Part shown: positions 48,440 to 58,862 of the stretch, piece after piece
Position numbering within the stretch: the stretch's first letter is position 1
Layout: each line of letters starts with the position of its first letter
From: Bacillota bacterium
Lineage (GTDB): Bacteria; Bacillota; DTU025; MWDF01
DNA length: 64,000 bases
Assembly: GCA_029565935.1 (NCBI GenBank)
Contig: JAKQNF010000027.1
Coordinates: forward strand, 6,905 to 70,904
Reading direction: 5' to 3'
Notes under the pieces: generated by a model
What the model was told of the DNA's origin: nothing
What the model saw: only the letters and a program-made list of their open reading frames with translations
The model's database searches: none
Made by a program: the position numbers and the translations under genes

Positions 48440-49104
48440 CAGCTCACCCCCGCCGATTTGCATGTGTCCTGTACTGGGCAGCCGGCACAGACGGGCCCCC
48501 TTGAGTGGCAGCGCTGCCTTCCGTGCTGGATCATGTTCACGTGCAGGCTGTAGCAGATCGAGAAAGGCGCGGCGTCGGTGAGCAGCCTCTGGCTTTCGTC
48601 GGGCGACTTCGTGGTGACGATGCCGATCCTGTTGGCCACCCTATGGACGTGCGTGTCCACCGGGAAGGCCTTCTTGCCCAGGGCGAAGAGCATAGTGCAT
48701 GCCGCAGTCTTCGGGCCCACTCCTTTGAGCGACATCAAGTACTCCATCGCTTCCTTGTCCGGCTTGCGCCTCAGGTGCTCGAGGCTTATCTGGCCGAAGT
48801 CGTCCTTTATCTTCTGCAGGACAGCTTTGATGGAGGCGGCCTTCTGCTCGGCCAGGCCGCCTTGCCGTATGGCTTGCGCTATGCACGATGCCTCTGAGAC
48901 GAGGACGTCGTCCCAGCCGTCAAACGTGGCCAGCAAGGATCCGAAGGCCCTGTCGCTGGTCCTATCGGTGGTGTTCTGCGACAGTATAGTGTGCACGAGG
49001 GACGTGACGGCGTCCTCGTGCCTGTCGTTCACCTTCACGCCGTATGCCTTCGCCAGCTTCCTGTCCAGCTTCACTAGGTCTTCGGTAAGAGCGTCGATCA
49101 ACAC
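48439..49104 (-). CDS. nth: Endonuclease III (HhH-GPD, [4Fe-4S])
   Basis: LMSLKGVGPKTAACTMLFALG HhH and C-terminal four-Cys [4Fe-4S] cluster. Confidence 0.85.
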   Translation of the reverse strand: MLIDALTEDLVKLDRKLAKAYGVKVNDRHEDAVTSLVHTILSQNTTDRTSDRAFGSLLATFDGWDDVLVSEASCIAQAIRQGGLAEQKAASIKAVLQKIKDDFGQISLEHLRRKPDKEAMEYLMSLKGVGPKTAACTMLFALGKKAFPVDTHVHRVANRIGIVTTKSPDESQRLLTDAAPFSICYSLHVNMIQHGRQRCHSRGPVCAGCPVQDTCKSAGVS

Positions 49105-49130
49105 CGGCCGACCACCTTCCTTAGCCTATT

Positions 49131-51779
49131 TCATCCTAGTTCGTCTATACGTGCCATAAGCTTGGCCTTCGCCGTCTCCAGCTCCTTTGACCTCGTCCTT
49201 TCCCTTTCTACGACGGCCTCGGGTGCCCTGCTCACGAACGATGCGTTGGCAAGCTTGGCCGTTACTCCGGCCAGCTCTTTGTCTATGTTGGCCACCTCTC
49301 TAGTTAACCTTTCCATCTCCTTCGCTATGTCGATCATTCCTTCGAGTGGGAGGAATATCCCGATTCCGGAGGAGACCCCGGCCGCCGCCTTGTGTGGCTT
49401 CGAGTCCCCGGGGGATATGAAGGAGGAATCCTCTACGCCGGCGAGAGTCCTTATGAATTCCATATTGGACTTGACCCTTGCGATGTCCTGCCCGGCGCCT
49501 TGGAATATCGCGTCGACTTTCTTGTTCGACGCGACCGCGAATTCCGCCTTTATGTTCCTGATGGTCCTTACTACGTCGGTGAGGGTCGCGATCTTAGCCT
49601 CTGCGTCCATGTCCCTAAGGCCTTCCGCCGACGGGGGCAGCGAGGAGGTTATGAGCGCGCCCGAGCTTCCCGGCAGCATCTGCCAGATCTCTTCCGTGAT
49701 GAACGGCATGAAAGGATGCAGCAGCCTCAAAGAGCCGTCCAGGCCCCTCCACAGCGCGTACTGGGCCGCCTTCCTTGATTCTTCCCCGTGCCTTCCGTAG
49801 AGCCTGGGTTTCGCGGCCTCTATGTACCAGTCGCAGAATTCGCCCCAGATGAAATCCTGCACCGTCCTTGCGGCTTCGCCGATCTCGAACCTGTCCACGA
49901 ACCTCTGGACCTCCGCCGACGCGAACGCGAGCCTTGAGAGTATCCACCTGTCCTCCAGCTCGTAAGGAAGCGCCGTCCCATCAATCGAAGCGGGGTCGAA
50001 GTCCTCGAGGTTCATGAGTACGAACCTGGACGCGTTCCAGACCTTGTTGGCGAAATTGCGGCTGGCCTCGACCTTGTCAGGGTTCCACCTGATGTCGTTG
50101 CCCGGTGTGTTGCCAGATATCATGGTCATCCTCAGCGCATCGGCGCCGTACTTGTCGATTATCTCCAGCGGGTCCACTCCCGCTCCCTTCGAACGGCTCA
50201 TCTTGCTGCCGTCGGCGTTCCTGACGAGCCCGTGGAGAAGCACATAGGAGAACGGCTTCTCGCCCATGAACTTGAGGCCCGAGAATATCATCCTGGCGAC
50301 CCAGAAGAAGATTATGTCGTATCCGGTCTCGAGGACCGTGCCTGGGTACCAGTGATCGAGCTCCGGCGTGCGCTCCGGCCAGCCCATGATCGAGAATGGC
50401 CAAAGAGCCGACGAGAACCAGGTGTCAAGCACGTCCTCGTCCTGTTCCACGGCGCCCGCGCAGCTCGGACAGGCGTCCACGTCGGTCCTTGATACGATCT
50501 GCTCGCCGCATGACTTGCAGTACCATACGGGTATCCTGTGCCCCCACCAGAGCTGGCGCGAGATGCACCAGTCCTTGCAGTTCTCCATCCAGTTCAGGTA
50601 CGTCTTGGTGAACCTCTCGGGCACGAACTGCACCTCACCCGACTTCGCAACTTCCACAGCAGGTTTTGCGAGCGGCTCCATCCTCACGAACCACTGCATG
50701 GAAGGCAGCGGCTCCACCGTGGTGCCGCACCTCTGGCAATGGCCTACTGCATGCCTTAGAACCTCGGTCTTCCTCAGCAGCCCTGCGGCCTTCAGCTCCT
50801 CGAGCACCTTCTCCCTGCACGCGTCCGCGGTCATCGCCTCGAACCTGCCGGCCTCCTTAGTCATGAGCCCATCGAGGCCTATCACCTGCACGCTGTCCAG
50901 GCCGTGCTTCTTGCCCAGCTCGTAGTCGTTCACATCATGGGCCGGCGTAACCTTCAGGGCTCCGGTGCCGAAGTCCTTCTCGACGTAGGCGTCCGCGATC
51001 ACCGGGATCCGCCTTCCCATGAGAGGCAGTATCACATGCCTACCGACCATACCGGTATACCTGGGATCCTCAGGATGCACCGCCACCGCGGTGTCCCCAA
51101 GCATCGTCTCGGGCCTGGTCGTGGCTATGGTTATGTGACCGGTGCCGTCCTCGAGCGGATAGTCTATGAACCAAAGGGTGCCGTCCTCGTCCTCATGGTC
51201 GACCTCTATGTCGGATATCGAGGTCTTGCAGCCGGTACACCAGTTGACCATGCGATGTCCGCGATAGATAAGGCCCTCTTCGTAGAGCCTTACGAACACC
51301 TCGCGCACGGCCTTGGAGCAGACCTCGTCCATCGTGAAGCGGCTCCTCTCCCAGTCCGCCGAGCAGCCCAGCTTCTTCTGCTGGTTGACGATGGCGCCGC
51401 CGTACCTCTCCTTCCACTCCCAGCACCTCCTGAGGAACTCCGCCCGCCCCAGCCCGGCCTTGGTCAGGCCCTCCTTGGCGAGGGATGCGACCACCTTCGC
51501 CTCGGTCGCGATCGAAGCATGGTCGGTGCCCGGCCACCACTCCGTGTTGTAGCCCTGCATGCGCCTTATGCGGACTAGTATGTCCTCTATCGTCGACATA
51601 AGAGCGTGCCCTACGTGCAGCGTGCCCGTTATGTTCGGAGGCGGCATGACTATGACGAAGGGTTCCTTGTCCTTGTCGGGTTCAGCATGGAAATAGCCGC
51701 CGTCCTCCCAGAAACGGTATATCCTGTCTTCTACCTGCACAGGATCGTAAGCAGGAGCGAGTTTCCTCTCAGCCATCAT
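49131..51779 (-). CDS. valS: Valine--tRNA ligase
   Basis: PPNITGTLHVGHA (HIGH) class I motifs. ATG at 51779 with GGAGG SD. Preceded by a Val T-box. Confidence 0.9.
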   Translation of the reverse strand: MMAERKLAPAYDPVQVEDRIYRFWEDGGYFHAEPDKDKEPFVIVMPPPNITGTLHVGHALMSTIEDILVRIRRMQGYNTEWWPGTDHASIATEAKVVASLAKEGLTKAGLGRAEFLRRCWEWKERYGGAIVNQQKKLGCSADWERSRFTMDEVCSKAVREVFVRLYEEGLIYRGHRMVNWCTGCKTSISDIEVDHEDEDGTLWFIDYPLEDGTGHITIATTRPETMLGDTAVAVHPEDPRYTGMVGRHVILPLMGRRIPVIADAYVEKDFGTGALKVTPAHDVNDYELGKKHGLDSVQVIGLDGLMTKEAGRFEAMTADACREKVLEELKAAGLLRKTEVLRHAVGHCQRCGTTVEPLPSMQWFVRMEPLAKPAVEVAKSGEVQFVPERFTKTYLNWMENCKDWCISRQLWWGHRIPVWYCKSCGEQIVSRTDVDACPSCAGAVEQDEDVLDTWFSSALWPFSIMGWPERTPELDHWYPGTVLETGYDIIFFWVARMIFSGLKFMGEKPFSYVLLHGLVRNADGSKMSRSKGAGVDPLEIIDKYGADALRMTMISGNTPGNDIRWNPDKVEASRNFANKVWNASRFVLMNLEDFDPASIDGTALPYELEDRWILSRLAFASAEVQRFVDRFEIGEAARTVQDFIWGEFCDWYIEAAKPRLYGRHGEESRKAAQYALWRGLDGSLRLLHPFMPFITEEIWQMLPGSSGALITSSLPPSAEGLRDMDAEAKIATLTDVVRTIRNIKAEFAVASNKKVDAIFQGAGQDIARVKSNMEFIRTLAGVEDSSFISPGDSKPHKAAAGVSSGIGIFLPLEGMIDIAKEMERLTREVANIDKELAGVTAKLANASFVSRAPEAVVERERTRSKELETAKAKLMARIDELG

Positions 51780-51810
51780 AAAAACCTCCGCTCGTTGACG
51801 TCGTTCGGGA

Positions 51811-52060
51811 AATGAAAAAGCCCCCGCCCTCAAAGGGCGAAGGGGCTCTTCGCGGTACCACCTTTGTCACCTCGCAAGCACACGGCCTGTGAGGCACTCG
51901 TATGCGCTCTATCGGGCGCACCCGCCGCGTCTGGCGCCATTACGCGCTCGTCTGCGGGGCTTAGAAGCGACTTCCGCACTGCGGCTTCCCGCGGCCTTCC
52001 ACCCTAGGGCCGCTTCTCTGCCTGGCCCGCATCGTGCGTACTGCTCTTCCTCATCGCCTT
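51811..52060 (-). promoter_or_regulatory. T-box riboswitch leader of valS
   Basis: Minus strand: AAAGGTGGTACCGCGAAG T-box (plus about 51852-51866, UGGU bulge). Terminator GCCCCTTCGCCC-TTTGA-GGGCGGGGGC plus TTTTT. Stem I AGAGA. Candidate specifier GUC. Confidence 0.75.
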
Positions 52061-52088
52061 ATTGCCTTTAATATCTCCCGGCCGGGGT

Positions 52089-54179
52089 TTACTCCCTTGC
52101 CGCTTCCTTGGCCTTCTTGGCGGCCTCTATGACATGCGCCGCTATGTGGGTCGGCACTTCCTCGTAATGGTCGAACTCCATCGTGAACGTGCCCCTGCCG
52201 CCTGTCATCGACCTGAGGTCTATGGAGTACTTGAACATCTCGGCCTGCGGCGCCAGGGCCCTTACGACCTGGTACTTGCCCTGTGATTCCATACCCAGGA
52301 TCTTGCCGCGCTTCTTGTTGAAGTCGCCCATGACGTCTCCCATGTACTCCTCGGGAACCAGGACCTCGGCTCTTACTATCGGCTCGAGCAGGATCGGGCC
52401 GGCTTCTTCCCACGCCTTCTCTATCGCGAGCCTTGCGGCGAGCTTGAACGCCATTTCCGAGCTGTCGACCGGGTGTGACGAACCGTCGTCGAGCGTCGCG
52501 CTGAAGTCCACCATCGGGAAGCCGGCGAGCCTTCCGCTGGAAAGCTCCTCCCTCAGGCCCTTCTCGACCGCGGGGATGAAGTTCCTCGGGACGGATCCTC
52601 CGAACACCTCGTCTATGAACTGGAAGCCGGCGCCTCTTTCTAGCGGCGCGAATCTGACCCATATGTCGCCGAACTGGCCGCGGCCGCCGGTCTGCTTCTT
52701 GTGCCTACCCTGCACCCTGATGGACTTCGTTATCGTCTCACGATACGGGATTGTCGGCGTATCCAGCGTGACGTCTACTCCGAACTTCCTCTTCAGGCGC
52801 TCGGCGATCACGTCGATGTGCGAATCTCCCATGCCCGAGACCAACAGCTCGCTGGTCTCCGGATGCTTGTAATAGTGTATCGTCGGGTCCTCTTCGGATA
52901 GCCTGGCAAGTCCGGATCCTATCTTCTCCTCGTCTCCCTTGGCCTTCGGCTTCATCGCGAACGAGAGCACAGGCTTGGGGAACACGGTGGCAGGATATCT
53001 GATCGCCTTGTCCTTGTCGCAGAACGTATCGTTCGTGCTCGTCTCGGCTAGCTTCGCTATCGCGACTATCTCACCGGGGCCGGCTTCGGTCGCCGGTATC
53101 TGCTGCTTGCCCTTCAGGAAGAATATGGAACCGAACCTCTCCGTCTTGTCCTTGGTGGCGTTGAAGTAAGTCGCGTCGGGCTTAAGCACGCCGCTCATGA
53201 CCCTCAGGACGTTGATCTTGCCGACGAACGGGTCCGCGGTCGTCTTGAAGACGAACGCTGAGAACGGTTCTGATTCCAGGGGTTTCCTTGTGATGTCCTC
53301 GTCGTTGTTCGCCTTGCCCTTCGCAGGGGCGGCGGATCCGGAAGAAGGCAACAGCCTTACTATGTTGTCAAGCAGCTGCTGGACTCCGATCAGCTTTCCG
53401 CCGGAGACCGCGACCACCGGGAAGAGTGCGCAGTCCTTTACCGCGGCGACGAGGCCCTTCTCGAATTCCTCCTGGTCGAGTTCCATCGTCTCCAGGTACT
53501 TGCCGAGCAGTTCCTCGTCCGTCTCGGCGGCGAACTCCATGAGCTTTCCTCTGTAATCCTCGACTTCGGAGGCAAGCTCCGCCGGGATGGGGGCTTCGCT
53601 CATCGTCTTGCCGCTATGGTCGGCGAACATATATGCCTTGTTGGCGATGATGTCTACAATTCCCTTGAAGTTCTCGCCCGAGCCTATGGGCAGAGCGACC
53701 GGGCACGCCTTCGGGCCGAAGGCTTCCGTAACGCTGGCCAAGGACTGCTTGAAGTTGGCGTTCTCCCTGTCCATGCGGCTTATTGCTATGATCCTGGGAA
53801 CGTGCCTTTCGTCAGCTATCCTCCAAACTATCTCGGTACCTACCTCGACGCCAGATACTGCGTCGATCATCACGATCGCGCCGTCCGCTATCCTCAAGCC
53901 CGCATGGACTTCGCCTACGAAGTCCAGGAAGCCGGGGGTGTCGATTATGTTTATCTTCGTGCCCTTCCACTCGACCGGAGCGAAGGCCATGCTGATGGAT
54001 ATCTTGCGCTTCTTCTCGTCATCGTCGAAGTCAGTGGTGGCAGTGCCGTCCTCAACCCTGCCGAAACGGTCAGTTCCACCGCTGAGATAGAGCATGGCTT
54101 CGGTAAGAGTAGTCTTGCCGGCGCCTCCGTGCGCGATCACAGCGATATCTCGGAGCTGTTCAGGGGCATATTTCTTCAA
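52089..54179 (-). CDS. Elongation factor G paralogue (EF-G2-like translational GTPase), TTG start
   Basis: AHGGAGKTTLTEAML G1 motif and EF-G domain order. No in-frame ATG/GTG near the G domain. TTG at 54179 has AGGAGG SD 9 nt upstream. Confidence 0.7.
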   Translation of the reverse strand: MKKYAPEQLRDIAVIAHGGAGKTTLTEAMLYLSGGTDRFGRVEDGTATTDFDDDEKKRKISISMAFAPVEWKGTKINIIDTPGFLDFVGEVHAGLRIADGAIVMIDAVSGVEVGTEIVWRIADERHVPRIIAISRMDRENANFKQSLASVTEAFGPKACPVALPIGSGENFKGIVDIIANKAYMFADHSGKTMSEAPIPAELASEVEDYRGKLMEFAAETDEELLGKYLETMELDQEEFEKGLVAAVKDCALFPVVAVSGGKLIGVQQLLDNIVRLLPSSGSAAPAKGKANNDEDITRKPLESEPFSAFVFKTTADPFVGKINVLRVMSGVLKPDATYFNATKDKTERFGSIFFLKGKQQIPATEAGPGEIVAIAKLAETSTNDTFCDKDKAIRYPATVFPKPVLSFAMKPKAKGDEEKIGSGLARLSEEDPTIHYYKHPETSELLVSGMGDSHIDVIAERLKRKFGVDVTLDTPTIPYRETITKSIRVQGRHKKQTGGRGQFGDIWVRFAPLERGAGFQFIDEVFGGSVPRNFIPAVEKGLREELSSGRLAGFPMVDFSATLDDGSSHPVDSSEMAFKLAARLAIEKAWEEAGPILLEPIVRAEVLVPEEYMGDVMGDFNKKRGKILGMESQGKYQVVRALAPQAEMFKYSIDLRSMTGGRGTFTMEFDHYEEVPTHIAAHVIEAAKKAKEAARE

Positions 54180-54300
54180 CAGAGATCTCCTCCTGTAAAA
54201 CCTACAGGCCCGTATCGGAGCCCGATGCGATACCCGTCGGCATGATTCGCAATGCAATAATTAATTCTACACAAGCACAGCTTTTAGAGCAAGGTTTCCT

Positions 54301-54350
54301 GAGAAATGACAATGACGGGACCTTACCACATTCGGTGATTCGGTCCCGTC
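54301..54350 (-). terminator. Terminator after lon (GACGGGACC...GGTCCCGTC then ATTGTCATTTCTC)
   Basis: Read directly. Confidence 0.5.
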
Positions 54351-54368
54351 CTTACGTTCTTTATTGGA

Positions 54369-56807
54369 TCACTGGCTTATGCGCTTGGTCTTTCCCGGCT
54401 GTGTCACCGCCCCCGCCACGGGCATCTCGATCGGCGCTTCTTCCTGGGCGCTTACCACCGCAGGCATGACTATCGCCGTCTCTAGCACCTTGTCCATCTG
54501 GTCCGTCTCTATGAACAGCACTTCCTGCTTCACCTTCGCGGGTATGTTCTCGAGGTCCTTGTGGTTCTCCGCGGGTATCACCACGGTCTTTATGCCGGAC
54601 CTCAAAGCCGCCAGCGACTTTTCCTTCAGTCCGCCGATGGGCAGCACCCTGCCCCTTAGCGTTATCTCTCCGGTCATCGCAAGATCCGCCCTCACCGGCC
54701 TGTTAGAAAGGGCCGACGCCAGCGACGTCGCCATCGCTATGCCGGCGGACGGGCCGTCCTTGGGTATCGCCCCTTCGGGCACATGGATATGAACGTCTGT
54801 GCCCTCGTAGAACGATGGGTCTATGCCCAGCTCCTTCGCCCTCGATCTCACGTAGGTGAACGCCGCCTGGGCGCTTTCCTTCATGACGTCGCCCATCTGG
54901 CCCGTGAGCGTAAGCTTCCCGCTGCCCTTGGTGACCGTAGTCTCTATGAAGAGTATGTCGCCGCCGGTCTCGGTCCAAGCTAAGCCCGTCGCTACGCCTA
55001 CTTTATTCTCCATGTCGCTCACGCCGTAGCGGTACTTCTCAACGCCCAGCAAGCCATGCAACGAGCCCTTCGCGATCGGGCATTCCACCTGTTTCTCGCC
55101 CGAGACCTTGCACCAGGCCATCTTCCTCATTATGTTGCTGATCTGCCTTTCGAGCTCGCGTACGCCCGCTTCCCTCGTGTAGCGCCTTATTATCTCTAGC
55201 ACGGCCTCGTCGTCGATCGCGATGTCGGTGTTCGCGAGCCCGTTCTCGCCCTTCTGCTTGGTGATCAGGAACTGCTTTGCGATTCCGAGCTTCTCGTCCT
55301 CCGTATAGCCGCTCAGCTCTATGATCTCCATCCTGTCGGCCAACGGTTTCGGCACGCTGTGCAGCGAGTTCGCAGTAGTTATGAACATGACCTTAGAAAG
55401 GTCCAGCGGCACTTCCATATAATGGTCGAGGAACGCCTTGTTCTGTTCCGGATCGAGCACCTCGAGCATTGCCGAGGACGGGTCCCCCCGCCAGTCGGAG
55501 CCGAGCTTGTCTATCTCGTCCAGCAATATCACCGGATTCCCCGAGCCCGCCTGCTTTAGAGCCAACGCGAGCTTGCCGGGCAGCGCTCCGATGTACGTCC
55601 TGCGATGTCCCCTTATCTCCGCCTCGTCGCGCAGCCCTCCTAGGGAGAACCTAACGAACTTCCTTCCTAGCGACCTCGCTATCGACTTGGCCAGGGACGT
55701 CTTGCCTACGCCGGGAGGTCCCACCAGGCAGAGTATCGGGCCCTTGTTGAGCGAAGACAGCTTCCTGACCGCCAGGAACTCGAGTATCCTCTCCTTGACC
55801 TTCTCAAGTCCCCAGTGGTCCTCGTCCAGCACCTTCTTCGCCTGGCTGAGGTCCAGCACGTCCTCCGTGTAGTTGCCCCACGGCATCGCCGTCAGCCATT
55901 CGATGTAAGTCCGCGAGACGGTGGCCTCAGGGGCCATCGAGCCCATGAGCTTCAGCCTCTTGATCTCCGCTTCCACCTTGGCCTTCACTTCCTCGGGGGC
56001 CTTGTTGTCCTCGAGCTTCTTGCGCCAGGCCTCGGCGTCCGCCTCCTTGTCCTCCTCCTCGCCCAGCTCCTTCTGGATGACCTTCATCTGCTCCCTGAGG
56101 TAGTACTCCTTCTGTGACTTGTCTATCTGGCTCCTGACCTTGGCCTGCAGCTCCTGCTCTATCTCAAGTACCTGTTTTTCGGTCTCCATTATCGCGATGA
56201 GCTTCTCGAGCCTCTCGTCGACGTCCTCCGCCTCAAGAAGGCTCTGCCTCTGGGCCAGCCTGAGCGGCAGCCTCGGGGCTATCTCGTCGGTAAGCTTGGC
56301 GGGATCGTCTATCCTGCTTATGCCCAGCGCTATCTCGCCGGGTATGTTCCTCGACGACTGGAGCAGCGTCTCGAAGCTGTTTAGCGCCATGCGCATCAGC
56401 GTCTCGGTCTTGGGTGTCCTGATGGTGGAATCGGTTATGACCTTCACCTCCGCCATCAGAAGCCCTTCCTTGTCTATGTAGCTGACCACACGGCCGCGGT
56501 TTAGCCCCTGCATGAGGACCCTGAGCGTGCCGTCTTGGCCTTTTACCGATTGTTTGACTTCGGCCACGCATCCCATCTCGAACAGGTCCGCCGGTGACGC
56601 TTCCTCCACCGCCGGATCCTTCTGGGATACCAATAATACTATCGAATCGTCCAAAGACGCCCTCTCCACTGCGTTTACCGACTTTGGCCTTCCTACTTCC
56701 AAAGGCGTGAACATTCCCGGGAAGAAAACTACTCCCCTCAATGGGACTACTGGGAGCAGGCGCATCTCCACAATCTGACCCTTATCGTCGATTGTCCTGT
56801 GTGTCAT
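54369..56807 (-). CDS. lon: ATP-dependent protease Lon
   Basis: 812 aa. LON N-domain, AAA+ GPPGVGKTS, protease S-K dyad region. Confidence 0.9.
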   Translation of the reverse strand: MTHRTIDDKGQIVEMRLLPVVPLRGVVFFPGMFTPLEVGRPKSVNAVERASLDDSIVLLVSQKDPAVEEASPADLFEMGCVAEVKQSVKGQDGTLRVLMQGLNRGRVVSYIDKEGLLMAEVKVITDSTIRTPKTETLMRMALNSFETLLQSSRNIPGEIALGISRIDDPAKLTDEIAPRLPLRLAQRQSLLEAEDVDERLEKLIAIMETEKQVLEIEQELQAKVRSQIDKSQKEYYLREQMKVIQKELGEEEDKEADAEAWRKKLEDNKAPEEVKAKVEAEIKRLKLMGSMAPEATVSRTYIEWLTAMPWGNYTEDVLDLSQAKKVLDEDHWGLEKVKERILEFLAVRKLSSLNKGPILCLVGPPGVGKTSLAKSIARSLGRKFVRFSLGGLRDEAEIRGHRRTYIGALPGKLALALKQAGSGNPVILLDEIDKLGSDWRGDPSSAMLEVLDPEQNKAFLDHYMEVPLDLSKVMFITTANSLHSVPKPLADRMEIIELSGYTEDEKLGIAKQFLITKQKGENGLANTDIAIDDEAVLEIIRRYTREAGVRELERQISNIMRKMAWCKVSGEKQVECPIAKGSLHGLLGVEKYRYGVSDMENKVGVATGLAWTETGGDILFIETTVTKGSGKLTLTGQMGDVMKESAQAAFTYVRSRAKELGIDPSFYEGTDVHIHVPEGAIPKDGPSAGIAMATSLASALSNRPVRADLAMTGEITLRGRVLPIGGLKEKSLAALRSGIKTVVIPAENHKDLENIPAKVKQEVLFIETDQMDKVLETAIVMPAVVSAQEEAPIEMPVAGAVTQPGKTKRISQ

Positions 56808-56952
56808 TTGAGTGCACCTCCTGGTTTACATAACGCAGACAAATGCGCCATGGTTCCATAATGATATATTCGACCGGCACGACCGATAACCTTTAAGGGA
56901 ATCCAAAGCCCGGCCGTCCAGATGTCTTGTCGACCGGACGCCGGGCCAAGGA

Positions 56953-58215
56953 TCAAGCGGTCTTCACCTTGGCCGCGCCCTTCTTCTTCACGGCCTCGGA
57001 ATATCTTTCCACGGCGTCCCTGTCGATGATTATCTTCTTCACGTCCGGCCTGTCCGGGGAGTTGAACATTATGTCGAGCATGAGGCTTTCCATTATCGCC
57101 CTCAGTCCCCTGGCCCCGGTGCCTAGCCTTGCTGCCCTCTCGGCCACAGCCACTATCGCATCTTCCGTGAACTCGAGCTCGACGCCCTCCATGGACATAA
57201 GGGCCTTGTACTGCCTGGTGAGCGCGTTCTTCGGCCTTGTGAGGACCTCGATGAGAGCGTCCATCCCGAGCTCGTCCAGCGTCACTACGACAGGCATGCG
57301 GCCAACGAACTCGGGTATCATCCCGAATTTCAGAAGGTCCTCAGGGAGCAGCTTCTTCAGCAGCTCCGTCGCCGCCGCGTGGCTCTTGGGCCTCGCCTCG
57401 GCGGTGAAACCAAGCATCTTCGCGCCGGTCCGCCGCTCGATTATCTTCTCCAGCCCATCGAACGCCCCTCCGCATATGAAGAGGATGTCGGTCGTGTCTA
57501 TCTGGATGTACTCCTGCTGGGGGTGCTTCCTGCCCCCTGCAGGCGGCACGTTCGCAACCGTGCCTTCCAGTATTTTAAGGAGGGCCTGCTGAACCCCCTC
57601 GCCGGACACGTCCCTTGTTATCGAGGGGTTCTCGGTCTTCCTTGCGATCTTGTCTATCTCGTCTATGTAGACGATTCCGAACCTCGCCTTGTTCACGTCC
57701 CAGTCGCTCGCCTGTATCAGCCTGAGCAAAATGTTCTCGACGTCCTCGCCGACATAGCCCGCTTCCGTGAGCGACGTGGCGTCGGCTATCGCGAAGGGTA
57801 CGTCCAGCACCTTGGCTAGCGTCTGCGCCAGCAGCGTCTTGCCGCTGCCGGTCGGGCCTAGCATGAGGATGTTGCTCTTCTGAAGCTCTACCCCGTCCAC
57901 GAGGCCCTTCGACTTCGCCAGCACCCTCTTGTAGTGGTTGTACACGGCCACGGAGAGCACCTTCTTGGCCTCCTCCTGGCCTATGACGTACTGGTCGAGC
58001 GCCTTCTTAATCTCGCTCGGCTTTACCAGCCTGGGTTCGAAATGCTTGCCGCCCTCGGCCTCCTTTTCCAGTATCATGCTGCAAAGGCGCACGCAATCAG
58101 GGCAGATGGAAACGCTCGGCCCCGCTATGAGGCCTCCTGCATCCTCCTCGCTCCTTCCGCAGAAGGAGCACACCAGCGCCTTGTTCTCGCCGTCCTTGGA
58201 ACCTTTTTTCGGCAT
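56953..58215 (-). CDS. clpX: ATP-dependent Clp protease ATP-binding subunit ClpX
   Basis: C4 zinc finger CSFCGRS...CPDC plus Walker A GPTGSGKT. Confidence 0.95.
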   Translation of the reverse strand: MPKKGSKDGENKALVCSFCGRSEEDAGGLIAGPSVSICPDCVRLCSMILEKEAEGGKHFEPRLVKPSEIKKALDQYVIGQEEAKKVLSVAVYNHYKRVLAKSKGLVDGVELQKSNILMLGPTGSGKTLLAQTLAKVLDVPFAIADATSLTEAGYVGEDVENILLRLIQASDWDVNKARFGIVYIDEIDKIARKTENPSITRDVSGEGVQQALLKILEGTVANVPPAGGRKHPQQEYIQIDTTDILFICGGAFDGLEKIIERRTGAKMLGFTAEARPKSHAAATELLKKLLPEDLLKFGMIPEFVGRMPVVVTLDELGMDALIEVLTRPKNALTRQYKALMSMEGVELEFTEDAIVAVAERAARLGTGARGLRAIMESLMLDIMFNSPDRPDVKKIIIDRDAVERYSEAVKKKGAAKVKTA

Positions 58216-58242
58216 TGGCTGACAGCCGACCTCCTTGGCCCT

Positions 58243-58827
58243 CTAGGCCTTGCTTTCGAGTATGTTGTCTATTATCCCGTACGACAAAGCTTCCTTCGCC
58301 GTCATGAAGCGGTCCCTCTCGATGTCCGCCGACACCTTGGCCGCCCTCTTGCCCGTGTGTTTGGAGATTATCTCCTTCACCAGCTCCTTGAGCCTTAGGA
58401 TCTCCTTGGCGTGAATCTCTATGTCCGTGGCCTGGCCCGTCGCCGAACCTAGCGGCTGGTGTATCAATACCCTGGAGTTGGGAAGGGCGTATCTTTTGCC
58501 CTTCGTCCCGCCCATCAGGATTATGGATGCCATGCTGGCCGCTATCCCAACGCAGAAAGTCGCCACCGGGGGCTTAATGAACTGCATCGTGTCGTAGATA
58601 GCCATGCCCGCGTAAACCGAACCGCCCGGGCTGTTTATATACAGGCTTATCTCCTTCTCCGGATCTTCCGCCTGCAGGAACAGCATCTGGGCTATTATCA
58701 GGTCCGAGGTCTGCATGTCTATCTCGCCGTTCAGGAAGATTATCCTGTCCTTGAGCAGCCTTGAGTAGATGTCATAGACCCTCTCGCCCTTGCCGGACTG
58801 TTCCACTACATAGGGTATGAAGCCCAT
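58243..58827 (-). CDS. clpP: ATP-dependent Clp protease proteolytic subunit ClpP
   Basis: 194 aa. Ser-His-Asp context GIAASMAS. Confidence 0.95.
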   Translation of the reverse strand: MGFIPYVVEQSGKGERVYDIYSRLLKDRIIFLNGEIDMQTSDLIIAQMLFLQAEDPEKEISLYINSPGGSVYAGMAIYDTMQFIKPPVATFCVGIAASMASIILMGGTKGKRYALPNSRVLIHQPLGSATGQATDIEIHAKEILRLKELVKEIISKHTGKRAAKVSADIERDRFMTAKEALSYGIIDNILESKA

Positions 58828-58862
58828 CGGCAGGCCTCCTTCCTTTCAGGATTTGTTAACCG

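Noticed and set aside
56808-56952. CtsR-like direct repeat (GGTCGTG-cc-GGTCGAA) upstream of lon
   Set aside because: Heptad spacing and sequence deviate from the GGTCAAA-N3-GGTCAAA consensus. Could be chance in GC-rich DNA.
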